64,000 nt of DNA, taken from assembly GCA_963663385.2 (NCBI GenBank), contig CAXXXD010000003.1, forward strand, positions 128,001-192,000, given 5' to 3'. Below, one piece after another: positions 18,575 to 28,783 of this stretch. Source of the stretch: Oceanispirochaeta sp. (lineage in GTDB: Bacteria > Spirochaetota > Spirochaetia > DSM-2461). The position numbers and the translations under genes were made by a program. Each line of letters begins with the position of its first letter. Position 1 is the first letter of the stretch. The notes beneath the pieces were generated by a model. The model searched no databases, was not told where the DNA came from, and worked only from the letters and a program-made list of their open reading frames with translations.

Positions 18575-18978
18575 ATTAATTCCTCCCAGTTTTGTTTCTG
18601 CCATTTCTCGCGGGTTCCCGAAAGCTGTCTGATGAGAATCCCGCGGACCTCTTCATCCTCAATAATGGAGGTTCTTTTAAAATGCACGATAAGCTTATCC
18701 ATTTTTTTCAGACAGTCAAGCCTGGCTTTTTCCTTGAGGGCGTCAAGGAATCTTTCAGAAGAATCCTTCTTTTCCGCTGCCTTTATTTTCTCCAGCCAGG
18801 GGGTCACCCAGTCCGGAGGGACCATCCCTCTGTTGGTGATGCATTCCGAATCCCTGTGAAGCCGGGCGATGCTTTCGCCTCCGTATTTGCCCATGATGCG
18901 GATCAGCCCCCTGACGAAGAAAACCGTCAGGACCGACATCAGAATAATAAAAAGAAAGATATATCCCAGCATTGCCAA
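18571..18978 (-). CDS. Hypothetical single-pass membrane protein
   Basis: N-terminal hydrophobic helix and charged helical tail; GAGG RBS; tightly coupled to both neighbours. Confidence 0.7.
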   Translation of the reverse strand: MAMLGYIFLFIILMSVLTVFFVRGLIRIMGKYGGESIARLHRDSECITNRGMVPPDWVTPWLEKIKAAEKKDSSERFLDALKEKARLDCLKKMDKLIVHFKRTSIIEDEEVRGILIRQLSGTREKWQKQNWEELI

Positions 18979-18982
18979 CCTC

Positions 18983-20407
18983 TCAATTCAGAACGATATC
19001 AACCCTGACGTCCCCTTCCAGGGAGGAGGGGAGAAACGGTTTGTCCGTATTCTTGCCGTTTATACTGAAGCTTTGAATGCGGGTACCCGATCCTTCAATG
19101 GCAATATTCAGATTCATATTCCGGTACTTAAGTCCCTGCAGGTATATCCGGGAGCAGCTTTCGGGGAGGAGCGGTATGAAATCAATCCCCTCTTCGGAGA
19201 ATCTCATGCCGAACACTCCGGTGAACAACAGCCTCAGGTAGGCCGTGGCGCTCCATGTCTGACGGTGGCAGAAAAAATATTCCTCGATTTCACCCAGGGA
19301 GTTCTCCTGCAGTCCCCCGTATTCAACCCCCGTTTCGGGATGAAAGACTTCGCCGAACTGCCCGTCGCGAAGGGCGAAACGGGTCAGAGCTTCCAGCTCT
19401 TTGACAAAAGCCTCCCTGTTCCCTTCAAGTGCCGCAGCGGAACCCCAGAAGCCCTGTATATGGGGCCAGACTGTTCCGTTATGCCGCCCCACATGGTCTT
19501 CCCGTCCCAGGTAGCGGTCGAATACGGGCCAGAGACAGGGGATACCTGCGGGTGAAACGTGCTGATTCGCCAGAATCCTATCCCGTTTCCTTCTGTCGGC
19601 GATTCCGAGCAGGATAGCCAGACTGTGCCCCAGTCCGTCCTGGGCATCACACCCTCCCCAGGGGTCGATAAAATATCTGTAGAGTCCTTTGTCCTCTATC
19701 CACAGGAATTTGTTGATTGCCGTTTTAATCTTTTCCGCCATCTCATCCCACCGGGGATCACTTTCCAGATCGAGTTCCGAAGCCATGGCGGGCAGCAGTT
19801 TATAGGCGTTGCAGTAGAGACAGTTTGTTGAGAGCGCTTCGATGGGCAGCCCCTCTCCCTTTTCCTGTCTCTGCTCGGGATTGTGTTCCGCCCAGTACTG
19901 GATGTCGTGGTAGGGGCCGACTGCCGTATACCTGTCGGGATAGGCGGAGATCCCGTCGGCATAACAGGGGGCCCCCCTGAATAGTCCCGTCTCAGGATCA
20001 TGCTCGGTTTCTTCGAAAAATCTCAGGCTGGTGAGGGATATTTCCAGAGCTTCCTTCAGATACTCCCTGTCTCCGCTGTAGAGGTAGTAGTGCCAGGCGC
20101 CTGTTACCCAGATAACCGCATCCCAGTACTGGCCTCCGATTCTCTTTCCCCACCGGTCTTCTGTGACCATGGCGTTAAGGGTGTTGCGGGAAATCTCCCT
20201 GTCGATCAGGCCCCAGCCGTTCCATACGTTTATGGCGGCGTCCCTGGTCCATGGGCGGTCATAACCCATTCCCGCCAGGATGACCGGTTCCGGTTTCTTT
20301 CTTGTCTGTCCCTGATAGAGGGCGACGTTTCCCGTAATATCGCCCATGGCGACCCGAAAGGCTTTATTTATATCTTCTCTATCGCCTGATAAATATATAT
20401 CTGTCAT
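18983..20407 (-). CDS. (alpha/alpha)6-barrel glycoside hydrolase (amylo-alpha-1,6-glucosidase/GH63/GH78-like) with GH65-type C-terminal domain
   Basis: PWTRDAAIN, QYWD, ALSTNCLY, HNGTVWP, QTWSATAY; C-terminal LQGLKYRNMNLNIAIEGSG...INGK; no signal peptide. Confidence 0.8.
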   Translation of the reverse strand: MTDIYLSGDREDINKAFRVAMGDITGNVALYQGQTRKKPEPVILAGMGYDRPWTRDAAINVWNGWGLIDREISRNTLNAMVTEDRWGKRIGGQYWDAVIWVTGAWHYYLYSGDREYLKEALEISLTSLRFFEETEHDPETGLFRGAPCYADGISAYPDRYTAVGPYHDIQYWAEHNPEQRQEKGEGLPIEALSTNCLYCNAYKLLPAMASELDLESDPRWDEMAEKIKTAINKFLWIEDKGLYRYFIDPWGGCDAQDGLGHSLAILLGIADRRKRDRILANQHVSPAGIPCLWPVFDRYLGREDHVGRHNGTVWPHIQGFWGSAAALEGNREAFVKELEALTRFALRDGQFGEVFHPETGVEYGGLQENSLGEIEEYFFCHRQTWSATAYLRLLFTGVFGMRFSEEGIDFIPLLPESCSRIYLQGLKYRNMNLNIAIEGSGTRIQSFSINGKNTDKPFLPSSLEGDVRVDIVLN

Positions 20408-20516
20408 ATCGTTTCCTTATTATATTGAAGTTTCAGAGAACAGAGTCAGGAGGGAAATCATTCAACCCGGAGGAGATTCGGTGTTCTCATAATAGTGAAA
20501 TTTTATTAATCTAACT

Positions 20517-21047
20517 TCAGGAAACAGCTTCCTTCTCCAGTTTTTCCATCAGATCAAGCAGATCAAGAGGCATGGCAATAGTATAATCGGGTTTTTCCCT
20601 TTTATCCGCCGGAACCTTGGGGTAGCGGGGGGACCAGGAGAGGAAGACGCTTTTCATCCCCAGTGCATTGGCTCCCTTTACATCGCGGCTCAGATTGTTG
20701 CCCACCATGACTACCTTGGAGAAATCCTCGTCTTTGATTCCCAGTGCATCAGCGGCGTTCCTGAACATCGCCTCATGGGGCTTGCATATGCCGACTTCTT
20801 CGGAAATCGCGTGGTAATCGAAACAGTCCCACAGACCGTGCTGATTCAGGATATTCCGGAAAGACAGGGTCAGACCGTCGGCCACAAGGGCCACAGTGAA
20901 TCCCCGTTCCTTCAGCATCAGTATCAGTTCCTTTGCTCCGGGTATGAGATCGGCGGATTTGACAAGTTCCCCTTCGATAAAAACCTGTGATTCCTCGTCG
21001 GCGAGGGTATCGCCGCAATCAATAAAAACCGTATATGTCTTTTTCAT
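20517..21047 (-). CDS. HAD-superfamily hydrolase (phosphatase-like)
   Basis: Motif I FIDCGDTL, SEEVGICKP, MVGNNLSRDVKGANALGM, PDYTI. Confidence 0.88.
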   Translation of the reverse strand: MKKTYTVFIDCGDTLADEESQVFIEGELVKSADLIPGAKELILMLKERGFTVALVADGLTLSFRNILNQHGLWDCFDYHAISEEVGICKPHEAMFRNAADALGIKDEDFSKVVMVGNNLSRDVKGANALGMKSVFLSWSPRYPKVPADKREKPDYTIAMPLDLLDLMEKLEKEAVS

Positions 21048-21049
21048 TG

Positions 21050-22066
21050 CTATTTTCCCAGTGTTGATTGTCTTTTAATGATTTGTACTTCCTGGAGTCT
21101 TCTGACCCCCGGTTTGATTTTGCCTTCGATCAGCTCGACGAGCATCTCTCCGGCAAGAATCCCCTGTTCCTTTCCTGAAAAATGTACTGTCGAAAGCGGG
21201 GGATTACTGAATGGAGCCAGGGGAACATCGTCATATCCCATTACCGCAATATCTTCGGGTATCCTCAATCCGGCTGCATCGATGGCTCTCATGGCACCGA
21301 AAGCAACCGTATCACTGGCAACAAAAACCGCAGTTAACCGGCCCTTTTTCTCTTTCAGCAGATCATTCATGGCATCGAAACCGCTTTGAGCTGTAAAATC
21401 CCCGTGGCGGATCAGGCTTTCGTCATAACTGAGTCCGGCCTCTTCCAGAGCTGTCCTGTATCCCTTCAGCCGACCTGATCCGGCCGTATAGATTAAAGGC
21501 GCATTGGTGATGCAGCCTATCTTTTTATGTCCCAGCTCTATAAGGTGCTCCACGGCCATTCTGGCCGAAGCAGGAACGTCCACATCGACGGAACAGACCC
21601 TGCCGTCCGAGTATTCCCCGACGATAACGACGGGGAAGTCCTCGTTTATAAGTGTCTGCAACTCTCTGTCGTGTTCTTTCGTTTCAAAGAGAATCAGACC
21701 GTCGATGCTTTTGGTGCGGCTCAGATTGAGAATAGCGCTGCCGTCCCCTCCGTCGGGAAAGGTATCGATAAGAAGGCGCAGATCGTACTTGCGGACCACG
21801 CCGGTCAGGCCGTGCATGATCTGGAGGAGAAAGGAGTGGGACAAATGGCTTTCCAGGCAGACTACCCCGATATTCCGGGTCCTCTGGCTGGCCAGCGCCT
21901 TTCCCGCCGCGTTGGGCACATAACCCAGTTCATCCACGACTTTGAGCACTTTGTCTTTGGTTTTCTGGCTGATATTCTCTTTCTCCACATTATTCAGTAC
22001 ATAAGAAACTGTGGCTCTTGAGACACCGGCCTTTTTTGCAACATCAAAGCTCGTAACCTTCTTCAT
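21050..22066 (-). CDS. LacI-family transcriptional regulator
   Basis: VTSFDVAKKAGVSRATVSYVLN HTH, GYVPNAAGKAL hinge, IPEDIAVMGYDD, PPLSTV. Confidence 0.95.
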   Translation of the reverse strand: MKKVTSFDVAKKAGVSRATVSYVLNNVEKENISQKTKDKVLKVVDELGYVPNAAGKALASQRTRNIGVVCLESHLSHSFLLQIMHGLTGVVRKYDLRLLIDTFPDGGDGSAILNLSRTKSIDGLILFETKEHDRELQTLINEDFPVVIVGEYSDGRVCSVDVDVPASARMAVEHLIELGHKKIGCITNAPLIYTAGSGRLKGYRTALEEAGLSYDESLIRHGDFTAQSGFDAMNDLLKEKKGRLTAVFVASDTVAFGAMRAIDAAGLRIPEDIAVMGYDDVPLAPFSNPPLSTVHFSGKEQGILAGEMLVELIEGKIKPGVRRLQEVQIIKRQSTLGK

Positions 22067-22123
22067 ATAATCAACCTTTATCCTGTTTTAAGCAGTATAG
22101 TACCAAACTGCGGCCCATGTCTG

Positions 22124-23137
22124 CTACGATATCCCTCCCAGAGTCAACTCTTTTGCGAAATGGCAGGCCGCATAATGATCCGGTCCGACCTCCTGGAGAG
22201 GCGGGGCTGCGGCAGAGCACACCGGTTTCGCATGGGGGCACCGGGGATGGAAGAAACAGCCCGAGGGAGGATCGGCCGGATTGGGAACTTCCCCTTCCAG
22301 AACGATCCTCTTCATCTTGTTCCTCGGATCCGGTTTGGGCACCGCCGACATAAGAGCCGCCGTATAGGGATGGCAGGGCGAATGAAACAGTATTTCCGTA
22401 TCGGACATTTCCACAACTTTACCCACGTACATAACAGCTACTCTGTCGCAGATATGTTCAACAACCGAAAGATCATGGGCCACAAATATATAAGTCAGTC
22501 CGTATTTCTCCTGCAGATCCTCCAGCAGATTGATAACCTGAGCCTGTACCGATACATCAAGAGCTGAGACCGCCTCATCGCAGACAATAAGTCTGGGGTT
22601 GGTCGACAGGGCCCGGGCTATGCCGATCCTCTGTCTCTGTCCTCCCGAAAAGGCGTGGGGATAGCGCTTGAGGTGTTTCACATTCAGTCCTACTGTTTCG
22701 GCGAGCTCTTTCACTCTTTCGTCGATATCGATATCCTTTTTCCGGGCACTCACCTTCAGCGGTTCGGCTATGATGTCGTAGACTGTCATTCTGGGGTCGA
22801 GGGAGGAGAAGGGGTCCTGAAAAATCATCTGAATATTCTTTCTCACAGCCTTCAGTTCCCGCCCTTTCAGCTGCAGAAAATTCAGGATGTCTCCTTTTTC
22901 CGTCCTGTAGAGAACTTCCCCTTCCGTGGTTCCGATACCCCTGACGATGCATCGCCCGAGGGTCGTCTTGCCGCAGCCAGATTCACCGACAAGGCCGAGG
23001 GTTTCACCCTGTTTCACAAAAATGCTGATATCATCGACAGCCTTGACATGCCCTTTCTCTCCGCCTAATAATCCTCTCTTTACGGGAAAATACTTCTTCA
23101 GATTTTTCACTTCCAGTAATACTTCGTTTGATTCCAT
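22124..23137 (-). CDS. Opp/Dpp-type ABC ATPase (OppF-like)
   Basis: [27 protein letters not shown]-terminal GCFFHPRC; start MESNEVLL overlaps the upstream TAA. Confidence 0.93.
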   Translation of the reverse strand: MESNEVLLEVKNLKKYFPVKRGLLGGEKGHVKAVDDISIFVKQGETLGLVGESGCGKTTLGRCIVRGIGTTEGEVLYRTEKGDILNFLQLKGRELKAVRKNIQMIFQDPFSSLDPRMTVYDIIAEPLKVSARKKDIDIDERVKELAETVGLNVKHLKRYPHAFSGGQRQRIGIARALSTNPRLIVCDEAVSALDVSVQAQVINLLEDLQEKYGLTYIFVAHDLSVVEHICDRVAVMYVGKVVEMSDTEILFHSPCHPYTAALMSAVPKPDPRNKMKRIVLEGEVPNPADPPSGCFFHPRCPHAKPVCSAAAPPLQEVGPDHYAACHFAKELTLGGIS

Positions 23138-24180
23138 TAAACCAGACTCTCCTTCAATGACTGCTTCTCCCGCTCGAATGTCTTCAGAACCTTCTCGTAG
23201 CGGAAGCATCGAACCATATGACCCGGTGTAATTTCCACGAGAGGAACATCCTCCCTGTCGCAGAGATCTGCCATCTTTTCACTGCAGCGGTCGCAGAAGC
23301 CGCACCGGGGATCCAGATCGAGGGGAACGGGGACATTTCCCTCGATCGACTCGAGCCGAGCTTTTTTGTCTTTTCCAATCCTGGGGATTGAACGGAGGAG
23401 GCCTTTTGTGTAGGGGTGGAGGGGATTATAGAAAATTTCGTCGGCCGAGCCTTTCTCCACAATCCTCCCCAGATACATGACCGCTACCTCGTCGCACATC
23501 TCGGCGACGACACCAAGGTCATGGGTGATGAAGAGGATGGCCATACCGAATTCCTTCTGGAGATTCTGCATGACTTCCAGAACCTGGGCCTGGATCGTCA
23601 CGTCCAGGGCTGTGGTCGGTTCGTCGGCAATCAGGAGCCCGGGGTTGCAGGAGAGAGCCATGGCTATCATCATCCTCTGGCGCATGCCGCCTGAGAATTC
23701 ATGAGGGTATTCATCTATTCTCTTTTCCGGATTGGCTATGCCCACCTTTCTCATCATCTCGATGGCGATTTGTTTCGCTTCGTCTCTATCGTTTGTTCTG
23801 TGGAGGAGGATTGCTTCCATCAGCTGGTTCCCCATGGTGTAATAGGGTGAAAAACTGGTCATCGGTTCCTGGAAGATCATGGAGATGTCCTTTCCGCGAA
23901 TTCCCCTGATAAAGGCGCTGTCCCGTTCGGGACTTACAAGGTCTTCGGGTCTGTTTCCGCCGTCTCTGTGGAGAAGTATCTCTCCCTCGATATAACCCGG
24001 TTCCGGGACGATTCTGAGGAGAGCCTGGGATGTAACGCTTTTTCCGCACCCTGATTCTCCCACCAGACCGAGGGTTTTCCCCTTTTTCAGCGAGAAGGAA
24101 ACGCCGTCTACGGCTTTCAGAATTCCTTCTTCCAGTTTGAAGTGGATTTTCAGATCCTTTACTTCGATATAATTATCCAT
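23137..24180 (-). CDS. Opp/Dpp-type ABC ATPase (OppD-like)
   Basis: [36 protein letters not shown]. Confidence 0.95.
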   Translation of the reverse strand: MDNYIEVKDLKIHFKLEEGILKAVDGVSFSLKKGKTLGLVGESGCGKSVTSQALLRIVPEPGYIEGEILLHRDGGNRPEDLVSPERDSAFIRGIRGKDISMIFQEPMTSFSPYYTMGNQLMEAILLHRTNDRDEAKQIAIEMMRKVGIANPEKRIDEYPHEFSGGMRQRMMIAMALSCNPGLLIADEPTTALDVTIQAQVLEVMQNLQKEFGMAILFITHDLGVVAEMCDEVAVMYLGRIVEKGSADEIFYNPLHPYTKGLLRSIPRIGKDKKARLESIEGNVPVPLDLDPRCGFCDRCSEKMADLCDREDVPLVEITPGHMVRCFRYEKVLKTFEREKQSLKESLV

Positions 24181-24201
24181 TGTTTTGCCTTTCCTTTTTG
24201 C

Positions 24202-25443
24202 CTATTTATAGGGATCCGCCGCGTCGCGCAGACCGTCTCCCAGAAAATTAAAGCTGAGAACCGTCACGACAACGAACAGAAGGGGTATAAGCAGCCACGG
24301 ATAGAGGGCCACGTTCTGAATCTGCTGCGCTTCCTGCAAAAGAACTCCCCAGCTCGTCGCCGGAGAACGGATCCCCAGGCCCAGGAAACTCAGTGATGTT
24401 TCGGCTATGATCATCTGGGGGATGGCCAGGGTCATATTTATAATAATATAGCTCAGAAATCCCGGTACCATATGGGTGGCTATAATACGGGGCGTGCTGA
24501 CTCCCGCCACTCTGGCCGCCATAATATAATCCTCCTCCCTCATGGACATAAACTTGCTTCTGACGACCCTGGCGAGAGTGGTCCAGCCAAGGAATGAGAG
24601 TATAATGGTTATATAGAAATACATCTGAACAACCGGAATCTGCGGCGGAATGGCCGCACTTAATGCCATCCAGAGAGGAATAGTCGGGAAGGAGCGAAGG
24701 ATCTCTATGATTCTCTGTATGACATTGTCTAGGATTCCTCCGAAATAACCTGAAATCCCTCCGATGATGATTCCGAGAATAAGGCTTATGAAAACGCCGA
24801 CGAAACCGACGGAGAGGGAAATCCGGCTTCCGTGAAGGATTCTGGAAAAGAGGTCTCTTCCCATGCTGTCGGTTCCGAAGAGGAAAATTCTTCCCGGATC
24901 ATTGACATTGAAGAGATGAATATCCGTCTTGAAGAGTCCCCAGAATTTGTATTCAGCACCGTGTGTGAATAAGCGGATAGGGTAGGTTTCCGATTTGTCT
25001 TCAATGAACTCCTTACGGTATGTTTCGGCATTCCTTTCCGATTTTATGGCGTAGACAAAAGGAGTCAGATGAAATTTCCCCCTGCTGTCGATAAAATGGA
25101 TTTTTGTAGGGGGGCAGTTTGTGAATTTCGAATCGTAGCTGACCAGTCCCTGGGGCGCCAGAAATCCGGCAAAAACGGCTCCGAAATAGAACAATCCAAG
25201 AATGATAAGGCTGTATTTAGCCAGTTTATGCTTCTTGAAGCGCCGTCCCATAAGCTGCCACTGGGAAGCCATATAATAGCTTTCATCAAGGTCCGGCTTC
25301 TTTTTGTCCTTAAGCCGGATAAGATGTTTTTTTATTTGTTCGACAATCGATTGTTTCTTTTCCATAGAGTGTATCTCATCCCTTTTTTCCGGGGCTTCTT
25401 CCTTATAATGGGGAACAATCTTCTCCTTTACACTGGTATCCAT
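24202..25443 (-). CDS. Opp/Dpp-type ABC permease (OppC-like)
   Basis: FGTDSMGRDLFSR, ETSLSFLGLG, GDGLRDAADP; ATG at 25443 lies just after the upstream permease stop. Confidence 0.93.
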   Translation of the reverse strand: MDTSVKEKIVPHYKEEAPEKRDEIHSMEKKQSIVEQIKKHLIRLKDKKKPDLDESYYMASQWQLMGRRFKKHKLAKYSLIILGLFYFGAVFAGFLAPQGLVSYDSKFTNCPPTKIHFIDSRGKFHLTPFVYAIKSERNAETYRKEFIEDKSETYPIRLFTHGAEYKFWGLFKTDIHLFNVNDPGRIFLFGTDSMGRDLFSRILHGSRISLSVGFVGVFISLILGIIIGGISGYFGGILDNVIQRIIEILRSFPTIPLWMALSAAIPPQIPVVQMYFYITIILSFLGWTTLARVVRSKFMSMREEDYIMAARVAGVSTPRIIATHMVPGFLSYIIINMTLAIPQMIIAETSLSFLGLGIRSPATSWGVLLQEAQQIQNVALYPWLLIPLLFVVVTVLSFNFLGDGLRDAADPYK

Positions 25444-25444
25444 T

Positions 25445-26443
25445 TTATGTGTCTTCCTTCCCAAGTCTTATTCTCGGATCAAGCCAGGCCAGAAGCACAT
25501 CTGAAAGCAGAGTTCCGACTACTGTCAGTGTTGTCAGAATAAAGAGCAGGCCTCCTGCCAGGTACATGTCCTGACTTAATAGCGCTCCGTAGAGCAGCGG
25601 TCCCTGTGTCGGGAGATTCAGTACGATTGCCGTTATGGTTGAACCGGAGAAGATGGCCGTCAGAGACCACCCGATGGTGCTTACTATCGGATTTAACGAA
25701 GCCCTTACAGGGTATTTGTAGAGAAGTGTTTTTTCTCCGACACCTTTGGCACGGGCTGTGATTACATACTGTTTTTTAATTTCATCGAGGAGCTGGCCCC
25801 TCATAACGCGGATCAGTCCGCAAGTACCAGCCGTTCCGATAACGATAATCGGAATGATCATATGTTTTAAAAGATCAAATAACCTGGCAATGCTCCAGGG
25901 GGCATTTGTGAATTCAGGGGAGAAGAGACCCATCATAGGGCTTCCGAAATACCTGAAGGCGAAATACATACATATTATGGCCAGGAGAAAGTTGGGCGTC
26001 GCCGTACCGATAAAACCGATAAAGGCTGTCAGGTAGTCGCCGAAAGAATACTGATGAGTGGCTCCGTAAATCCCGATGGGAATTGAAACCAGATAGGTAA
26101 ACAGCATGGTGGTGAGAGATACGGCCAGAGTGAGTCCCATGCGGCTCAGTATCAGATCGGTTACTTTTTTGTTCCATTTGAAGGAAAAGCCGAAATCGCC
26201 TCTGAAAATAATTCCGGATATCCATTTCCTGTACTGGGAGAAAAAGGACTCATCGAGACCGTATGTCTCCCTAAGCTCCTGCAGTTCTTCCATATCGAGA
26301 ACCTCCCCTTCCTGTGCGGCCTGTGCGGCATAGGTGGAAACAAAATCTCCGGGGGGAAGCTGAATGACCCAAAAACTGATTATGGATATGATGATGACGG
26401 TCGGAACCATTACCAGAAACCGTTTCAAAATATACTGTAACAT
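25445..26443 (-). CDS. Opp/Dpp-type ABC permease (OppB-like)
   Basis: YILKR, GDFGFSF, YVITARAKG, LDPRIR. Confidence 0.95.
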   Translation of the reverse strand: MLQYILKRFLVMVPTVIIISIISFWVIQLPPGDFVSTYAAQAAQEGEVLDMEELQELRETYGLDESFFSQYRKWISGIIFRGDFGFSFKWNKKVTDLILSRMGLTLAVSLTTMLFTYLVSIPIGIYGATHQYSFGDYLTAFIGFIGTATPNFLLAIICMYFAFRYFGSPMMGLFSPEFTNAPWSIARLFDLLKHMIIPIIVIGTAGTCGLIRVMRGQLLDEIKKQYVITARAKGVGEKTLLYKYPVRASLNPIVSTIGWSLTAIFSGSTITAIVLNLPTQGPLLYGALLSQDMYLAGGLLFILTTLTVVGTLLSDVLLAWLDPRIRLGKEDT

Positions 26444-26454
26444 TATGTCTCCTT

Positions 26455-26481
26455 GAAGAGCCCCCGGGACGGGGACTCTTC
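26455..26481. other. Intercistronic stem-loop between SBP and permease genes
   Basis: GAAGAG-CCCC...GGGG-A-CTCTTC hairpin. Confidence 0.5.
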
Positions 26482-26497
26482 CATATAATTAGCTTAT

Positions 26498-28420
26498 TTA
26501 CTGCCTGATGAAGAACTGGCTCGGATTGGCTACGCCGAGGTAGCGGGTTTCATCGGTCTGGTACAAGCCTTCGGGGAAGTTTCTGAGGTTGTTCTGTACG
26601 ACCCATAGCTTCGGCTGATTACCGACATAACCGATCATCCAGAGATTTTTTTCATGAAGAGACATGATCTCATCTCCGTATTTATTGATATCTTCCTTGT
26701 TCGTCGCGGAGGCAAGCTTGTTCCAGTTGTCAAGGAGAGCTGCAACATCGCCCTCAGGTTTGACCCCTTCCGCTCCTTTGGTGGAGGTATAGAGCCCGTA
26801 TGATCCGTACCATTCGGTAAGAACTCTGAGAGGAACAACCACATCGGGTCTGAGGGCTACGTTGAATACGCTGAAAACATTTGTTGATGCTTCCAGCTGG
26901 TTGTTGTATTTAAGTTCATCGAAAAGAGTTCTGTCGACACCTTTTACGACTGTTTTTATTCCCACAGCGTTCCAGTAGCTCTTTACAAGTTCCATGGACT
27001 TTTCTACATGGGCTCCATCTGTAGAGTTGTAATGGAGAATCAGAGTCAGGTCGGAGCCGTCGGGCAGAGTCCTGTATTTACGGGCGCTGTCCCAGGACAG
27101 ATTCGCCTTATCAAAAAACCTGGCTGCCATATCAGTATCGTATTGAGTCAGTTTATTTGTCCAGATTTCCGAGTAGTTGGCCATGCCTTCGCTCATTGAT
27201 GCCTGCCGGGGCTCTCCCCAACCGTCATAGACAATTTCGTTAATCTCTTCCCTGTTAATGGCAACGGAGAGTCCGGAACGGAAATTCACGTCCTGGAAAA
27301 GAACTCTTAGGGCGGGATCTTCTGCAGTCTGGTTTAATGCCACACTCTCAGTCTTAGGTTCCCTCCATTTTACAACTCTGAAATCGCCTCTTTCCCTGTT
27401 TTCCATAAAAAGGGGATATTTTTCAACGCTTGTCACATCGTGGATATCAATTTCCCCGGCAATGGCTTTCAGGTCTCTGTTGTTATCCTCTTCAACTCTT
27501 TCCAGAACAATTCTGTCGATATAGGGAAGCTGGTTTCCTTCGGCATCCGTTTTGAAGTAATAGGGATTTCTTTCCCAGATTATCTGCGCTTCATCGGGGC
27601 TGTTTTTTGCTACCCAGGGGCGGATAGTCGGTCTGTCGGGCCAGATCCAGTAGTAATAACCGGTCCATTTGCCCATGGAATTTACATCGTTGAATCCTTT
27701 CTCATTGGCGATCTGAAGGGCTTTCTCTTCTCCGACGAATTCGGGAAGAATGGTTTTGTAGTAGTGTGCGGGCGCGAAAAACCATTTGTTGTCAATGGTC
27801 AACCTTTCCAGGAAGAGGGGGAAGGGATATGCGTGTGTTACCTTTACAGTGTACCGGTCCACTTTTTCCACTTCCGATTGGACCTTCTCTCCCGTCTCGG
27901 GATTAACGGAATAATAGCAGTTGTAGAGTTTTTTTCCGAATGTACCTGGGATAAGCATATGCTCCCAGTAGAAAAGAACGTCATCTGCGTCAAAATCCAC
28001 ACCGTCGGACCACTTCATTCCTTCGCGAAGATAGATGGTGTATTCAGTGCTGTCGCTGTTGACATCATACCCTTTGGCGACGTTGGGGATCAGTCCCGTT
28101 CCGTCGGGGGTGAATCGGAAAAGGCATTCTACACTGATGTTTCCCATTTTCCATTTATCATCCATCCCTTTCCAGGCATAGTTCAGGTCTCCCCCGTACT
28201 GGCCGATCTCTTCGACCACTTCTTCGATCATGGGATCTTTAGGAATCCTCTGATCAAGGGCGGGGAGTTTTCCAGCCTCTACCAGTTCATGGAGCATTGG
28301 CGCTTCATGCCATTCATTGCCGCCTTTTACTGCAGTTTCAGCGGTATCCTGCTGGCCGTTAGCCATTAGCAGAGCAGCCGAACTGATCATCAGTAAAACC
28401 AACGTGAATACTTTCTTCAT
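26498..28420 (-). CDS. Family-5 ABC substrate-binding protein (oligosaccharide-binding subgroup)
   Basis: Signal peptide followed by ANGQQD; EAPMLxxLVxAGKLPxLxxRIP, IGQYGG, LREGMKWSDG, NPYYFKTDAEGNQLPYID. Confidence 0.93.
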   Translation of the reverse strand: MKKVFTLVLLMISSAALLMANGQQDTAETAVKGGNEWHEAPMLHELVEAGKLPALDQRIPKDPMIEEVVEEIGQYGGDLNYAWKGMDDKWKMGNISVECLFRFTPDGTGLIPNVAKGYDVNSDSTEYTIYLREGMKWSDGVDFDADDVLFYWEHMLIPGTFGKKLYNCYYSVNPETGEKVQSEVEKVDRYTVKVTHAYPFPLFLERLTIDNKWFFAPAHYYKTILPEFVGEEKALQIANEKGFNDVNSMGKWTGYYYWIWPDRPTIRPWVAKNSPDEAQIIWERNPYYFKTDAEGNQLPYIDRIVLERVEEDNNRDLKAIAGEIDIHDVTSVEKYPLFMENRERGDFRVVKWREPKTESVALNQTAEDPALRVLFQDVNFRSGLSVAINREEINEIVYDGWGEPRQASMSEGMANYSEIWTNKLTQYDTDMAARFFDKANLSWDSARKYRTLPDGSDLTLILHYNSTDGAHVEKSMELVKSYWNAVGIKTVVKGVDRTLFDELKYNNQLEASTNVFSVFNVALRPDVVVPLRVLTEWYGSYGLYTSTKGAEGVKPEGDVAALLDNWNKLASATNKEDINKYGDEIMSLHEKNLWMIGYVGNQPKLWVVQNNLRNFPEGLYQTDETRYLGVANPSQFFIRQ

Positions 28421-28536
28421 TTGCGTCTCCTTCTTTTTGCATCTGCCGCCATTGCACTGTCATGTGTTACGACAGCAGATAATTCATTTTCTTTGGAATC
28501 CCTATGGCCGAAACAACTCGTTCATAGCTATCTCCC

Positions 28537-28597
28537 TTACTTACACGCGTCACTGACTCGTGTAAGTAATACTCTCACGGGTTTTTTCAGCTGTCAA
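28537..28597 (-). promoter_or_regulatory. Promoter of the ABC/hydrolase operon with two overlapping LacI-type operators
   Basis: Minus-strand TTGACA(28597-92)-17 nt-GAGTAT with an upstream TG. 33-bp near-perfect palindrome TTACTTACACGCGTCACTGACTCGTGTAAGTAA (28537-69) contains sites 28539-54 and 28552-67. Confidence 0.75.
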
Positions 28598-28646
28598 GGA
28601 ATCATTTTCTATAAAATTCAACCATTTTCCCCTGTAAGTAAAAGAA

Positions 28647-28675
28647 TTTACTTTCACGTGTAAGTTAGTTATGTT
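28647..28675 (+). promoter_or_regulatory. Promoter of the PHP gene overlapped by a LacI-type operator
   Basis: TTTACT(28647-52)-17 nt-TATGTT(28670-75); ACTTTCACGTGTAAGT at 28650-65. Confidence 0.65.
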
Positions 28676-28783
28676 AGTATATTGAAAGAGGCTGGCTGCA
28701 GGCATGTCTTCTGCCGGCCGGTAAGTCGCTCCGGGATCACAAGGTGATGAGGATCGAGTCCGGAAGCCGCCTGAGGAGATATA

